The notes beneath the pieces are model-generated. The model worked only from the letters and a program-made list of their open reading frames with translations. It was not told the origin of the DNA and made no database searches. DNA of 64,000 nucleotides from Podarcis gaigeae. Taxonomy: Eukaryota. Of the stretch, positions 25,301 through 37,300 are shown one piece after another. The position numbers were made by a program, and so were the translations under genes. The stretch lies in the NCBI GenBank assembly GCA_964106915.2, contig OZ066914.1, one strand, 5' to 3'. Every line of letters begins with the position of its first letter. Position 1 is the stretch's first letter.

Positions 25301-28300
25301 AGCACTGCAAGCCAATTTCTATAAGAATAAAAGATTCCTACATTCCTACACAGATGACACATATTATTTAGGGTGGCTCAACTTTCAGAGCCTCATTACT
25401 CTCCCAGGAAAGCAGGAACCACCAGAAACAGACAGAAAAAGAGCTACATATTTAAAAGAGATAATATGTATTTATTATTTATTTATTCATTCATTCATTA
25501 TTTATTTATTTCATTAATATGATTTATTACTTGCTTATCATTATAAAATAATTCCAAATATTAGTCACCTTCATATCAGCCACCTAGAGCTAAACAAAAC
25601 AAAAGTACATGAAATCTAACTTACCTAAAGCCATTGCTCCAAGAGCTATAGAATTAAAGGATGTGATCTAATACCCCGTTTCATAAGGCTCCCCCTATTT
25701 ATTACAAGAACCATTGAGATAGGCCCTTTCATGGATGTGACCTTTTCAAGGAAGTTGAGATATGTCATCTCTCGCTGAAGTCACTGTGGGTGTTTACATT
25801 GACTTCAATTGGAACTGGGAAGTAATCTACTCACTTTTTCCCATGAAATGGTCAGAAGAGAGAGTATGGCCTCTGTTGAGAGGAAAGCAGGGATGGAGAA
25901 CCTGTGGCCCTCCAGAGCTTGCTGGACTCCCAACTACCCCAGCTAGCATGGCCAATGGTCAGGAATTATGGGAGTTGTAGTCCAGCAATATCAAGAGGTC
26001 TGTCCCTGGAGTAAACCTACCTGCACATGTACTAGGAGTAACATGAGATGAAAGTAAATATATGTGTGTTTGTAAGAGCTGTCACTTTCTTGTTTTGTTA
26101 ATTGTATCAACATGTGCATGTCAACTATTCAACTATACCTTCTTAATATCTTTACATTAACAGAAGAGGCCTACTACGCTGAGGAGACAGTGCATGAAGA
26201 AGTCCCACCAGTTAAAGGTATACCAGCAACTCTTTGGTATTAAATTATCAACTCTTCAATATAGATGTTTGACAGCTGTCTGTCCCATGCTTGTTACTAT
26301 TGTATTTGTGCTTGTTTTTTTGTTGTTGTAGTGCTCAAAGTATTACAAACTATCTTTTTTGACTGCCAAGGACCTGTTTGCAAATTCCTGTGCCTTTCTC
26401 AATTTTAAAAACCCTAATTGCCAGCAATGGCCCATTTTGCTTTCATATAACACCTTGTGTATCTTTTGATTCTGCTGTGCAGAGATGAGTATGTCTTAGT
26501 GTGTGTTTCTGTATGTATATAAAACAAAATTAGCCTCTGAACATTTCGACTGAATTTTGCATTGAAATATGGATTCATCTCCTTATTTTTCTATACTGTT
26601 TGAATAACATGCACAGCAAACATAACTGATACTTAAATATTCTTCCTGAAGTGCCTGAGGTTCGGAAGAAACCTGAACCAGAAAAGAAAGTACCAGTTGC
26701 TGTTCCCAAGAAAGTGGAAGCTCCCCCAGCTAGAGGTATATATAAAGACTGCTTTTTTCACTTAGGCAAAATTAGGGTTGCCATACGTCTGGATTTTCTC
26801 GGACATTACTGGGATTTCAAAGGCTCAACAACTTTGGGGTTTGTCTAAAAAAGCTCAACAACTTTCAGGGTGCCCTGGCTTTTACTTTTTGAAATATGGC
26901 AACCCTAGGCAAAATGCTTTTTTTTTTTTTTCCTCTGTCATCTAAACTATTTGAGTTGATATTAATCTCTTTTGCATTAAGTGTGAGCAATTGCTTGTCT
27001 CTAAGCAATCTGGCTGTGGATTTACTCAGTGAAATGTATGTGGTGTAAGTTCTTAATGTGTTTTCCTATTGATGTTCAAATCACTCCAACGTTATAAAAT
27101 TTTGTAATATTTTTAAGTGGCCAAGAAAGCTCCTCCTGAGGAACGGGCACCACCTAAAGCAAAAGAACCTCCAGCACCCAAAGGTAACACACACACAAAA
27201 ACATGTCAGTAATGTGTTTTGTCTAGATAGCGTCATGTATATATTTTGTTGGTCCATTTCACATAAGAATTATATGGGTTTCGTGCACATTAATATCTTG
27301 AGGTACTGTCGCCATGTATTGGCCCCTCTTTCAATCTTCTGCCAGTAATGTTGTCAGTTCCTCGGTCTCTTTTACTGTCTCATTCATGTTTTATATATGG
27401 TAAATAATAGATCAGTATTTTTAAATGGAACTGAATTATAGTCAAAACATATTCCTGTCATTCTGAGATGGAACCACATGCAATATTCCTACCTTTGTTT
27501 GTTGTCTTTAAGTGACCGAAGTACACAAGAAAAAGGTTGTCACTGAAGAAAAAGTAACAGTCACTAAGAAGGAGGAGGCTCCACCAAAAAGAGGTATATA
27601 AAGTTTTAAATTCTGTGGAATTTATATATATGTATCTTAAGATTTCTTGGGAGCTAAAGAACTGCACAGCAAATGTGAGAAACCCAGGGGACTCAGTCAT
27701 CAAATATCTCCCCCCATGATGCAGAGCAAACCACTTTTGAAACTGAATGAGCTTTCAAAGGCTATTTGTGATATAGCATGGGAGAGGAATATAGCAGGGG
27801 AAGAAAGAATTTATTGTTCAAACAAGAAAAGTTGTTTTTAGGCATGCCAAAGGTAACTCTTTGCATCCTTCTTTTACCCTAGTGGTCTAATTATGTTAAA
27901 TAGTCTGTGTTTCCTTTTCTTGTTTTATGTACAATCAAGATCTCGGTACTTTGAATCGTTTTGTTACCTGGTTTATATTTGTCACATGTACGTGATTTAA
28001 GTCACCTGAAAATTAATAATATCTTTCAAGTGCCAGCTGTGCCAAAGAAAGCTGTGCCGGAGGAGAAAGTCCCCATTCCGGTTCCCAAGAAAGCAGTGGC
28101 TCCACCAGCTAAAGGTACACCTGCTTTCTCTGACTCTACAAGAGGGCTTTTGAATAGATCAGAAACAGGCACCCGCTGGAGTTTTGAACCAGCTGCTTCT
28201 GATAAGGAAAAAGTAAACTTGACTAAATTTCACAGAAATGTTCTGCTCTGTGTCAAAACAAATGCAGAATATTAGGGTTAAACTGGGACACTTGAAATGC

Positions 28301-31300
28301 TGGTGTCAATGAATTCCTGTAGGCACTTTGCCTGCACAACTTCGAGCAGCTGGCCTTTGCTGATCTGCAGCAGTGCATTGTGTTGACTGTGTAGTTTGTA
28401 AGGTCTTTTGAAATATTATGTTTATGTGGGTGAAACTGCCACGTGCTTTAGATCTCTTATGGCATTCTTGTTTTGTGAGACATTTCTCTGTCCCTGTTAA
28501 AAGCTGTCCTGAATCTTAATGTCCTTCATGAAAGTTTTCTGCAGTGTACACTCTTTTGGACCTTTATTTAAAAAAAAAAAAAGAAAATAAATGATTTCAT
28601 AAATATTATTTCTGTTTAAAAATCTGCAGTGAATATTTTACATTATGATGCCTTTGGATAAGAAATAACTATTTCTGTTCTTGAAAAAGAGCAAATTCCA
28701 TAAACCAAAAGCAGGCCAGTTAATTATCTAAGTGTATTGTCAAGTTTTTGCTAAATGTATGCCTGCTTAATATTATGTTGTCATGTTGGTCTCCTGTATT
28801 AGAAAATCTTGAGATATCAAATGTCTATGAAGTTTTCTTTGTCTGTAATCCTCTTACAAGACCACCAACAGCAACATTTCAGAGAGAGGGTTTTAAATTC
28901 ACAACGTGGTTTTCTTACATTTCCTATCTTTCAAGTGCCAGAAGTTCCAAAGACAGTTATCTCAGAAGAAAAAATATCTATTGCTGTCCCCAAAAGGAAA
29001 GCAGCCCCTCCAGAAAAAGGTATACAAGCTTTGAAGTAAACTAAATCAAAGTACAAGTGGTTAATGTGCTAACAACCCCCCTATTAATTCCCATAGCCAA
29101 CCCTAAGTTATTAAGGAAATTCATTTTTCTGCCCCAAATACATTTGAGAGGATATCGCTTTGGGCACTCCCCTCCCCCAATTTATTTTATTTTATTTAAA
29201 CCTAGAAGGCTTGACATAAAAGTTACATTTGTTTTGTAACTGCTTAATCAGTCTTATTGAAATTCCCGTTGTCTGACCCAAATAGTGTTTCCCGTAAGAA
29301 ATGCTAAAGTTCAATACTCTGTCTTTAATAATAGTTGTGGAAGAACACTGGGGGTATTCGGAAGAAATGTCTGTTTCTCTTCACACAGAAGAGGAAGTTT
29401 CATATACAGGTATGAACTCAACCAGGGTAGGGGAACAGGAATCCTAACCAATTCACCGTATAGATTAATGGGCAGGGTGAGAACGTAAAATGAACCTACA
29501 AGATCAGGCCAATGACCCATCTAGTCCAGCATCCTGTTTTCACAGTGTTTCATGAGATGCCTTTGGGAAGCATGTGGCATAATTGTCAACTTTTCCCTAT
29601 TCTTGCGAGGAATCCTTTTCGGAATAAGGGAATTCCCCTTTAAAAAAGGGAACCGTTGACAGCTATGGCATGTGGGTATCACCTCAGTTTTCACTTTTAT
29701 ATTAAAATGAGGTGTATCTAAAGGTGTTCTACTGATCCATTAGAGGCTTCCATCAGCCAAACGGTGAGGAAAGTGATTTTTGCCAAATCCCTCTTCTTCT
29801 TGCAGCTCCCATGCCTCTGCGCCACAAATGTGCTCTGTGGGAGGTGGCATGGAGGATGTAGAGGGGAAGGCAATTTGGTGTAAACTGGTGTTTCCTTCCC
29901 TGTTCTACTGACAGAAGCCTCCACTTTCTCAAAAAAAACCACCTCCCGTCAGTAGAGGTGCATCTTTGGAAACAACCCAATCTGACTTTTTCTTACATTA
30001 GCAGAATTATTAGTTCTAGAATTAACCAGTGTAAATGCTAATTCACTAAAGAAGTTCACTGATATAAAGCAGTGGTGCAGGATAGTATTCGTGTAAGAAT
30101 AGCTTAGGGTGTTCAACTTCATTCATGGTGAGGCAAAAAAGAAGCAGTTTGTTGATCTAAACCACAGATAACAGTGGACTTTTGGTTGTTTGGCTCCCCA
30201 TACCCTCCAACAGAGTAAATTTCACAGCTTGCATAAATTATTGGTTTGTTTGTTCATTTTTGGTTTGGATGACTGCTACAGTTGTTCCATCCCATAAAGC
30301 TGAAGGCTTAAATCTTCCCACATACCGTAATCTCTTCTAGAATGTAGAAATTTCTTCAAAATGTCAGTAACCTAAACAGAGACTTGGCATAATACCCACT
30401 TAATGTAACCAGACTTTCAATGACTTCCACCCCTTTGATTTACCAGACATAGCAGCTTGCAATGAAAGTCCCTATGTATTATCTTGAAAAATTACTGTAG
30501 ATTACTGTCTAGAGTATTTCTAAGTAATAGCACCTGAAGAAATGGGCAGCTTTCCAATATGATAGACATACAGACTCCACTGATCCTAACAACAAAATGG
30601 TGTATATGCACTACACCAGTAAGAAGACGGATGTATAAAGACTATACTTGCAACTATGCGTTAGCCACATCTTGTCCAAATGTTTGTTCATTTGTCTGGC
30701 AACATAAATGTTTGTTTCTGTCAAATTTCCTACTGCTCTTTGTGGCCTTCTGTACCTTTACCATCAAAGCTCTGAAACATAAATATACTGTGTCTTTAAA
30801 GTTCCCGAAGAACCTGAGAGAATTCCCACAAAACAGAAAATGCCCATATCAATTGCCGCTAAAGTGAAGAAACCTCCAGCTAAAGGTATTGTGCCAATGT
30901 GTGCTCTTTGTGTGCCATAAGTGTATACCGTCTGCTGCTGTATATCTGAGTGTTCTTGTCCTAGCTTGATTCTTTCATTGCAGTGAAATTTGGTTCTTAG
31001 TATGCGTTAAATAATACGTTAGCTAAGACTCTTGAAAATTCGTATTTTTTAAGTGCCTGAAGTCCGTAAGACCGTTACTCGAAAAGAAGTGGTTCATGTG
31101 GAAGTTCCCCAATATGAAGAGGAGGAAGAGGCTCCCCAATATGAAGAGGAAGAAGTCACACAATATGAAGAGGAAGAAGTCACACAATATGAAGAGGAAG
31201 TCACACAATATGAGAAAGAAGTCTCTCATTATGAGGAGGAAGTCACCCGATATGAGGAAGAAGTCACACAATATGAGGAGGAAGTACCTCAATATGAAGA

Positions 31301-34300
31301 GGAGGAAGTTCCTCATTATGAAGAAGTTCCTGAGTACGAGGAAGAGGAAGAAGTGCCTCCTCCGCCTCCTCCAGCTAAAGGTAACATCCCAGTTTACAAG
31401 CGCATTACAAAGAAAGGATTATTATTATTATTGGTTTGGCTTTGGCTTTTGTTTGCTTGGTTATTTATTTGGTTTTCGCTTTCAGTTCATTTTGCTCTCC
31501 TTTGTTGTGAGATGTGTGCGGTGCAGCTCATGTTGCAAGTAGAAATAGCTGTAGTTGAATTAGAGAATATCCCAGAAACACTGAGCTTGTCCACGCTAGG
31601 CAGTGTCTTTAGTCCTAGCAAAACTCTCAGGAATATATTTCATTTCCACCCAGGCTTCTCCAAGCTGAATAAAATGTCAATTCAGCAAGCTAGTTGTGTG
31701 CCAAAACCCTGTGACACCACAGTTCCCAGAGAGTAAATAACCAGAGAATACAACAGCATATAGTTTGGGGGTAAAATAGATTACAAAAATATATACAGAA
31801 CATCTGATAGCATTGACCTATGCTCTACTGAATAGTGAGATCAGGAAGAAAGTGTCTAGCATCCGATAGTGTCCCGTTGTCCTTCCATTGCCAACCACCC
31901 CTCTCCATGTGCCGAGCAATATATCTTAACCATAGAGGAGATGGGAAATTTCTCCTCCATGACCTTCCCTTAAATAACTTATCTTTGAATCTTTGCTTTT
32001 GAATTACTCTCCCCTCCCAGCATCAGTGTCCCCATCTGCGGAAGGACTGTGGCTTTGTGGTAAAACATCTGCTTTGAATGTAGAAGGTTCTAGTTTCAAT
32101 CCCTGGCATTCCCAGGCAGGACTAAGAATGTCCCGTTTGTCATTATACAGTCACACCTTGGAAGTCGAATGGAATCCATTCCGGAAGTCCGTTTGACTTC
32201 CAAAACGTTTGGAAACCAAAGCTGCGGAAGCCCCATCAGACATTTGGCTTCCAAAAATAGTTCACAAACCGGAACAGTCACTTCTGGGTTTGCAGCGTTT
32301 GGGAGCCAAAACGTCCGAGTACCATGGCGTTCGGGACCCAAGGTATGACTAATTGACAACGAGGAGCTAGATGGACCCAGTGGTCTGGCTTGATTACAAA
32401 AAAACAGCTATGTATGCCCCATTTCACTGTATTCAGGAAGGAGCCCCAACACTCTGGAGAGGACTTTCAGGGGATGCAAGTGACTGCAAAGGGGAAGAGG
32501 GAGCAAGCAACTTTCCTTAAGTTAACTTAGCTTGCAGGGGTCATGTCAGAGTGTTGCAATACAGCTGTGTTCTTATGGTGCGTCTTGGTGCATCCATTCT
32601 TTTAAATACAATCTTATCCTTCAAGTGCCTGAGGTACCAAAGAAGCCTGTCCCTGAGAAAAAGGCTCCTCCTGAGCCTGTCCCCAAGAAGAAGGAAGCTC
32701 CTCCAGCAAAAGGTATATCTATCTTCATTCGGTGTCCTCAAACTCTTGCTTTCATTTCATTAAGTTTGTTGGCTCAGTGGCGTTAGTGGGCTGGGGATCA
32801 GCTGTAGACATGCCCTTTGTTGACTCTCTGTTTTAATGTGCTGTGTGAATGGTGTGGTGTCCTCAACAATCTCTTGCCCTATCTTTAAAGTGCCTGAGGT
32901 GCCAAAGAAACCCGTCCCGGAAGAAAAGGTTCCGGTTCCTAAACGAAAAGAAGCCCCACCAGCTAAAGGTAAATCAGTGTGAGGCTTGCCCTGTGCAAAT
33001 AAACTTACCTAATCGGCTACAACTAGGCTGTTGATTGCAATGATGTACTTAGATTTTCCTGTTGTGTTGATGTTGTGTCACGACCCACTCTGGGCACGTT
33101 TATGTGGCAAAAATTGCTGTGCAAACAATAACTGTGTTAATAGTCCTTTAATCCTGTTAAATGTAACTTCTTGTTTATTTTCTTCAACAACAAAAAATCT
33201 TCTTGTGTTTTGTGTCACTGTTCTCCATCTTCATTTGGAAACCAAATTCTATGCTCAACATACTGTCTCTTTCAATTGAAGTGCCTGAAGTGCCCAAGAA
33301 AGTGGTCCCTGAAGAGAAAGTACCTGTTCCTAAAAAGGTGGAAGCTCCTCCTGCTAAAGGTATCATCTCCTTGTTCACCTGGTCATCCTTTTAAACCAGG
33401 GTTTCCCCAAACTTGGGTTTCCAGGTGGGTTTTTTTGGGACTACAATACCCATCATCCCTGGCCACTGGTTCTGCTAGCTAGGGATGATGGGCATTGTAA
33501 TCCAAAAACAGCTGGTGATTCAAGTTTGGACAGCCTTGTTGTAAGCAATTGACCTGCTATGTTACATAGCAGGGCTGCAGTTTGTTGTACCTCTCCCTGG
33601 GTGGTCAATACCATGAAGGGTGGGCCTGTAAATATAAATATTAAAGAAACATTATATCAGTGAGAAAAACCTGGCGGTTTCATTAAGAGCAGATCTGCAA
33701 ATCCCCTTGCCCTTGTGGTTCAGATGCAGCACATTCTTCTTTTAGTTCTTTTGCTTTGTGGTGTCTCAGTACTAGAAGGAGTCAAATCAATCTGCAAATT
33801 AATCTTTTTAAAGTGCCGGCCGTGCCGAAAAAAGCCGTGCCAGAAGAGAAAGTGCCTGTTGCGGTCCCCAAAAAAACAGAGCCCGCTCCACCTAAAGGTA
33901 TCTGAAATAATATTTGAAAGATATAAATTATACATACATGTGTAAGTGCTTTACCCATGGTTTGACACAGAGATATGTACAGAATATTTCAACAAGCAAT
34001 ATTAACCATGCAGAGTCAACAAGGATGTGTAGATTTGCATCCACAGATACACCCACCCGAGATACCAGTGGTTTTTGTGTTTTGTCTTCTACTACATCTG
34101 TTCTTTCTTTTTTGTGATACAATGTGCATATAAAGTCTGTTTCTTGGTGTCTTTAAAGTGCCTGAGATACCCAAGAAAGCTGTGTCTGAAGCAAAGGTGC
34201 CTCTCACTGTGCCCAAAAAACCAGAACCTCCACCAGCTAAAGGTATATTGACCCAGTCAAAATCAGTCTTCTTGATCTCATGTGTTTCTTTAATCTTAGA

Positions 34301-37300
34301 TGTGATGCTTGTGTATGTCAAATATAGTTGTTGTCCCTTGCCTGTCAGCTCTTTCTCTTTCTGTCTCTTTCTTTGTCACAACAAACCCATAAATCACATT
34401 CTTCAAATTAAATCCTTGAAGTGCCTCATATACCAAAGGAGCCTGTCCCAGAAGAAGCACCTGTTTATATACCTGAAGAAGAGGAAGCTATACCTGAAAA
34501 AGGTACATTCAGCTCATCATTATCCTTACCAAAGACCTCTTTTAAAAATAAGAACAATAATATGATCTGTGTCGTTTGCTTTATGTTCTCTAAAAGCCAT
34601 GCAATCTGATCTTATGCATGTTTACTCAGGAACAAATTCTGCTAGGCTTACCAAATTCTGGGCAAGCAGAGTTTTGTTGATTCAGTGGGACTTCCCTTTC
34701 CCCCTTTTTCCCATGCACCCCCCAAAAAATCTGCTCAAATAGTCCCCTGACTTCCATATGTGAATTTTGAGGGAGCACAGAGTGGCACTGCAGGCGGGAG
34801 GAAACAACAGGGAAGTTCCATTGGGTAATCAGTAAAATAGCATTGGAGACAATGAACGATTACTCCCAAGTGAATGGGCATAGGACTGCAGACAAACTTT
34901 TAATTGCAGTCTAAATACTTCTCTTTCTTGATCTGGTTTCATGCTGCAATTTTCTTTATAACGCCTCTGAAAATAATTTTACAAACCTGTTTCTAAAGAC
35001 ATAAATAATAGCACTTGAGTATTTAAAGATAACTGTTTCTATGTAAAGATATTTGCATAGCCATACTCAAGAGGTACACCATCCAATGTTGGAGAAAAAC
35101 CATGTGAACTGGTTTTGAAGAAGACATTGGGTTGGTATCTGAGATCAACCAGCCTGCCTGCTGGTTGTTGATAGTTGGGTCAAAAGGTCACTCCCCGAAA
35201 AGCATCAAGGGTGATGCTCCCCGCCGGACTGCCTCTCAGTAGGGTGCCTCCATGTGACCTCTGGGCAGCAATATCCCTTCCCAAACCCCTTTAACAGGGT
35301 AAGGTAAAGGTAAAGGGACCCCTGACCATTAGGTCCATTCGTGACGGACTCTGGGGTTGCGGCACTCATCTCGCTTTACTGGCCGAGGGAGCCGGCGTAC
35401 AGCTTCTGGGTCATGTGGCCAGCATGACTAAGCCACTTCTGGTGAACCAGAGCAGCACACAGAAACGCTGTTTATCTTCCCACCAGAGCGTTACCTATTT
35501 ATCTACTTGCACTTTGATGTGCTTTCGAACTGCTAGGTTGGTAGGAGCAGAGACCGAACAACAGGAGCTCACCCCATCATGGGGATTCGAACCGCCGACC
35601 TTCTGATCAGCAAGTCCTAGGCTCTGTGATTTAACCCACAGTGCCACCCGTGTCTCATTTTAACAGGGTACCCAGTTGTAAAAAGCTCCAGACCCGATTC
35701 CTTAACCTTAACCTTAACTCATTATCTGATTTGGTATAACGACACTTCTTTGAACACTGTGGGATTTGCTCCTAAGTAAACATGCATAGGATTGATGTAC
35801 ATTGTTTAGTTATCATGAGCAAAGGCCCACACTGTTTCGCAAATTGTTTTTGAAACTCTGCGAAATTTCAAATGTGGTGTGTGATATGGCCTGGCTGCTG
35901 TTCTGAGGGAAATATTCACAAATTCTGTTAAGCAAACCCTAAAGCAGATTCATGAATTGTGGTCTATGCTGTGACCTGTGTTTGTGCTCCCCGCCCTGCC
36001 CCAAACCCAACGTGAGCTATGTTTCTCTTTCCGAAGTGGATTAAAAACAAAATTCTTAATCCGAAAATATGTGTTTAAAGTCCCAGAAGTGCCAAAGAAA
36101 GTCGTCCCAGAAAAGAGAGTCCCTGCAGCTGTTCCCAAAAAAGTGGAGCCTCCTCCAGCAAAAGGTACATTGAGTAACAAAGAAGTAGTGTATGTTTTCT
36201 TCAGTTGTACTAACAACCTGACCTTCCAGAAGAGAAAAGAAACTTCTTGTTTGCCAGTGAATTCAGGGGGATTCAAACTGTGTGCAGGAAATATTTCAAA
36301 ATGTGTATAGCACAACATGTTTGTCCTGTGTCACTTTTGTCTGTTTGCAATGTGTGGAAAATGGCTTCCCAGCAGAATATTGTCTGTTGGGTTCTTGAAT
36401 TGCTGAAGTTCTTGTTCTGCGAATTTCTTGCTTTTTGTACACATCTTCCTGTTCTTGGTGCTTCTTGGTGTTGTGTTAGCACTGAGGATTTCTTTAAAAA
36501 ACAAAACATATTCTCAAAACACTATCATGCTTTTTTTTTTTAAGTGGCTGAGGTTCCTAAACCTGTCCCTGAAGAGAAAGTGCCCGTTCCCAAAAAGGTG
36601 CCGTCTCCTCCAGCAAAAGGTACTTACTTTAAGTCTAGAAATTATCATTATGTCTCGGAGCATTGAAACACATAGCTAACAATGCTGTGAAGTCTTACAT
36701 GTTTGTGTGTGTGGTGGCTTTAAATTAAGTCTATGTTGTCTTTAAAGTGCCTGAGGTTCCTAAGCCTGTTCCGGAGGAGAAAGTTCCTGTTGCCAAAAAG
36801 GTCCCAGCTCCTCCCAAAAAAGGTATATCCAATCTTTAAAACGGTGTGCAATTTTTATTTTTACTTTTGTCCATACACTGATAACCATTTGTATTAATTA
36901 ATTAGCTATTAAAGTAGGGTTGCCGTACGTCATACCTGGTGTTCACTTTTGGGAATATGGCAAAGTTGTCTGAATAGATAGCTCTTAAACGTTGCAATGC
37001 CATATGTGTTTGTCCGCGCTGGCTCGAGACCAAATTCTTAAAACAACTCAATATTCTTTAAAGTGCCTGAAGTTCCCAAACCTGTCCCAGAAGAGAAAGT
37101 CCCTGTTCCTAAAAAGGTGGCAGCTCCTCCAGAGAAAGGTATATCCATAAATCTATACCTATAGATACATAAGATGATAACTTTTATCGTGGCATTAACC
37201 AGTCATTTTTGTTGTTGTTGTCCCATTACATTTGAACTTGAACCAACTAAACAATGCCATCCTATACACTTCGACTCCGAAGTAAGTCCCATTGGGATCA

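Noticed and set aside
31381-31736. Read-through of exon 31054 into a hydrophobic, transmembrane-like tail
   Set aside because: Explained by T-rich intron sequence after a good AAAG|GTAACA donor; nothing supports intron retention or a terminal exon.
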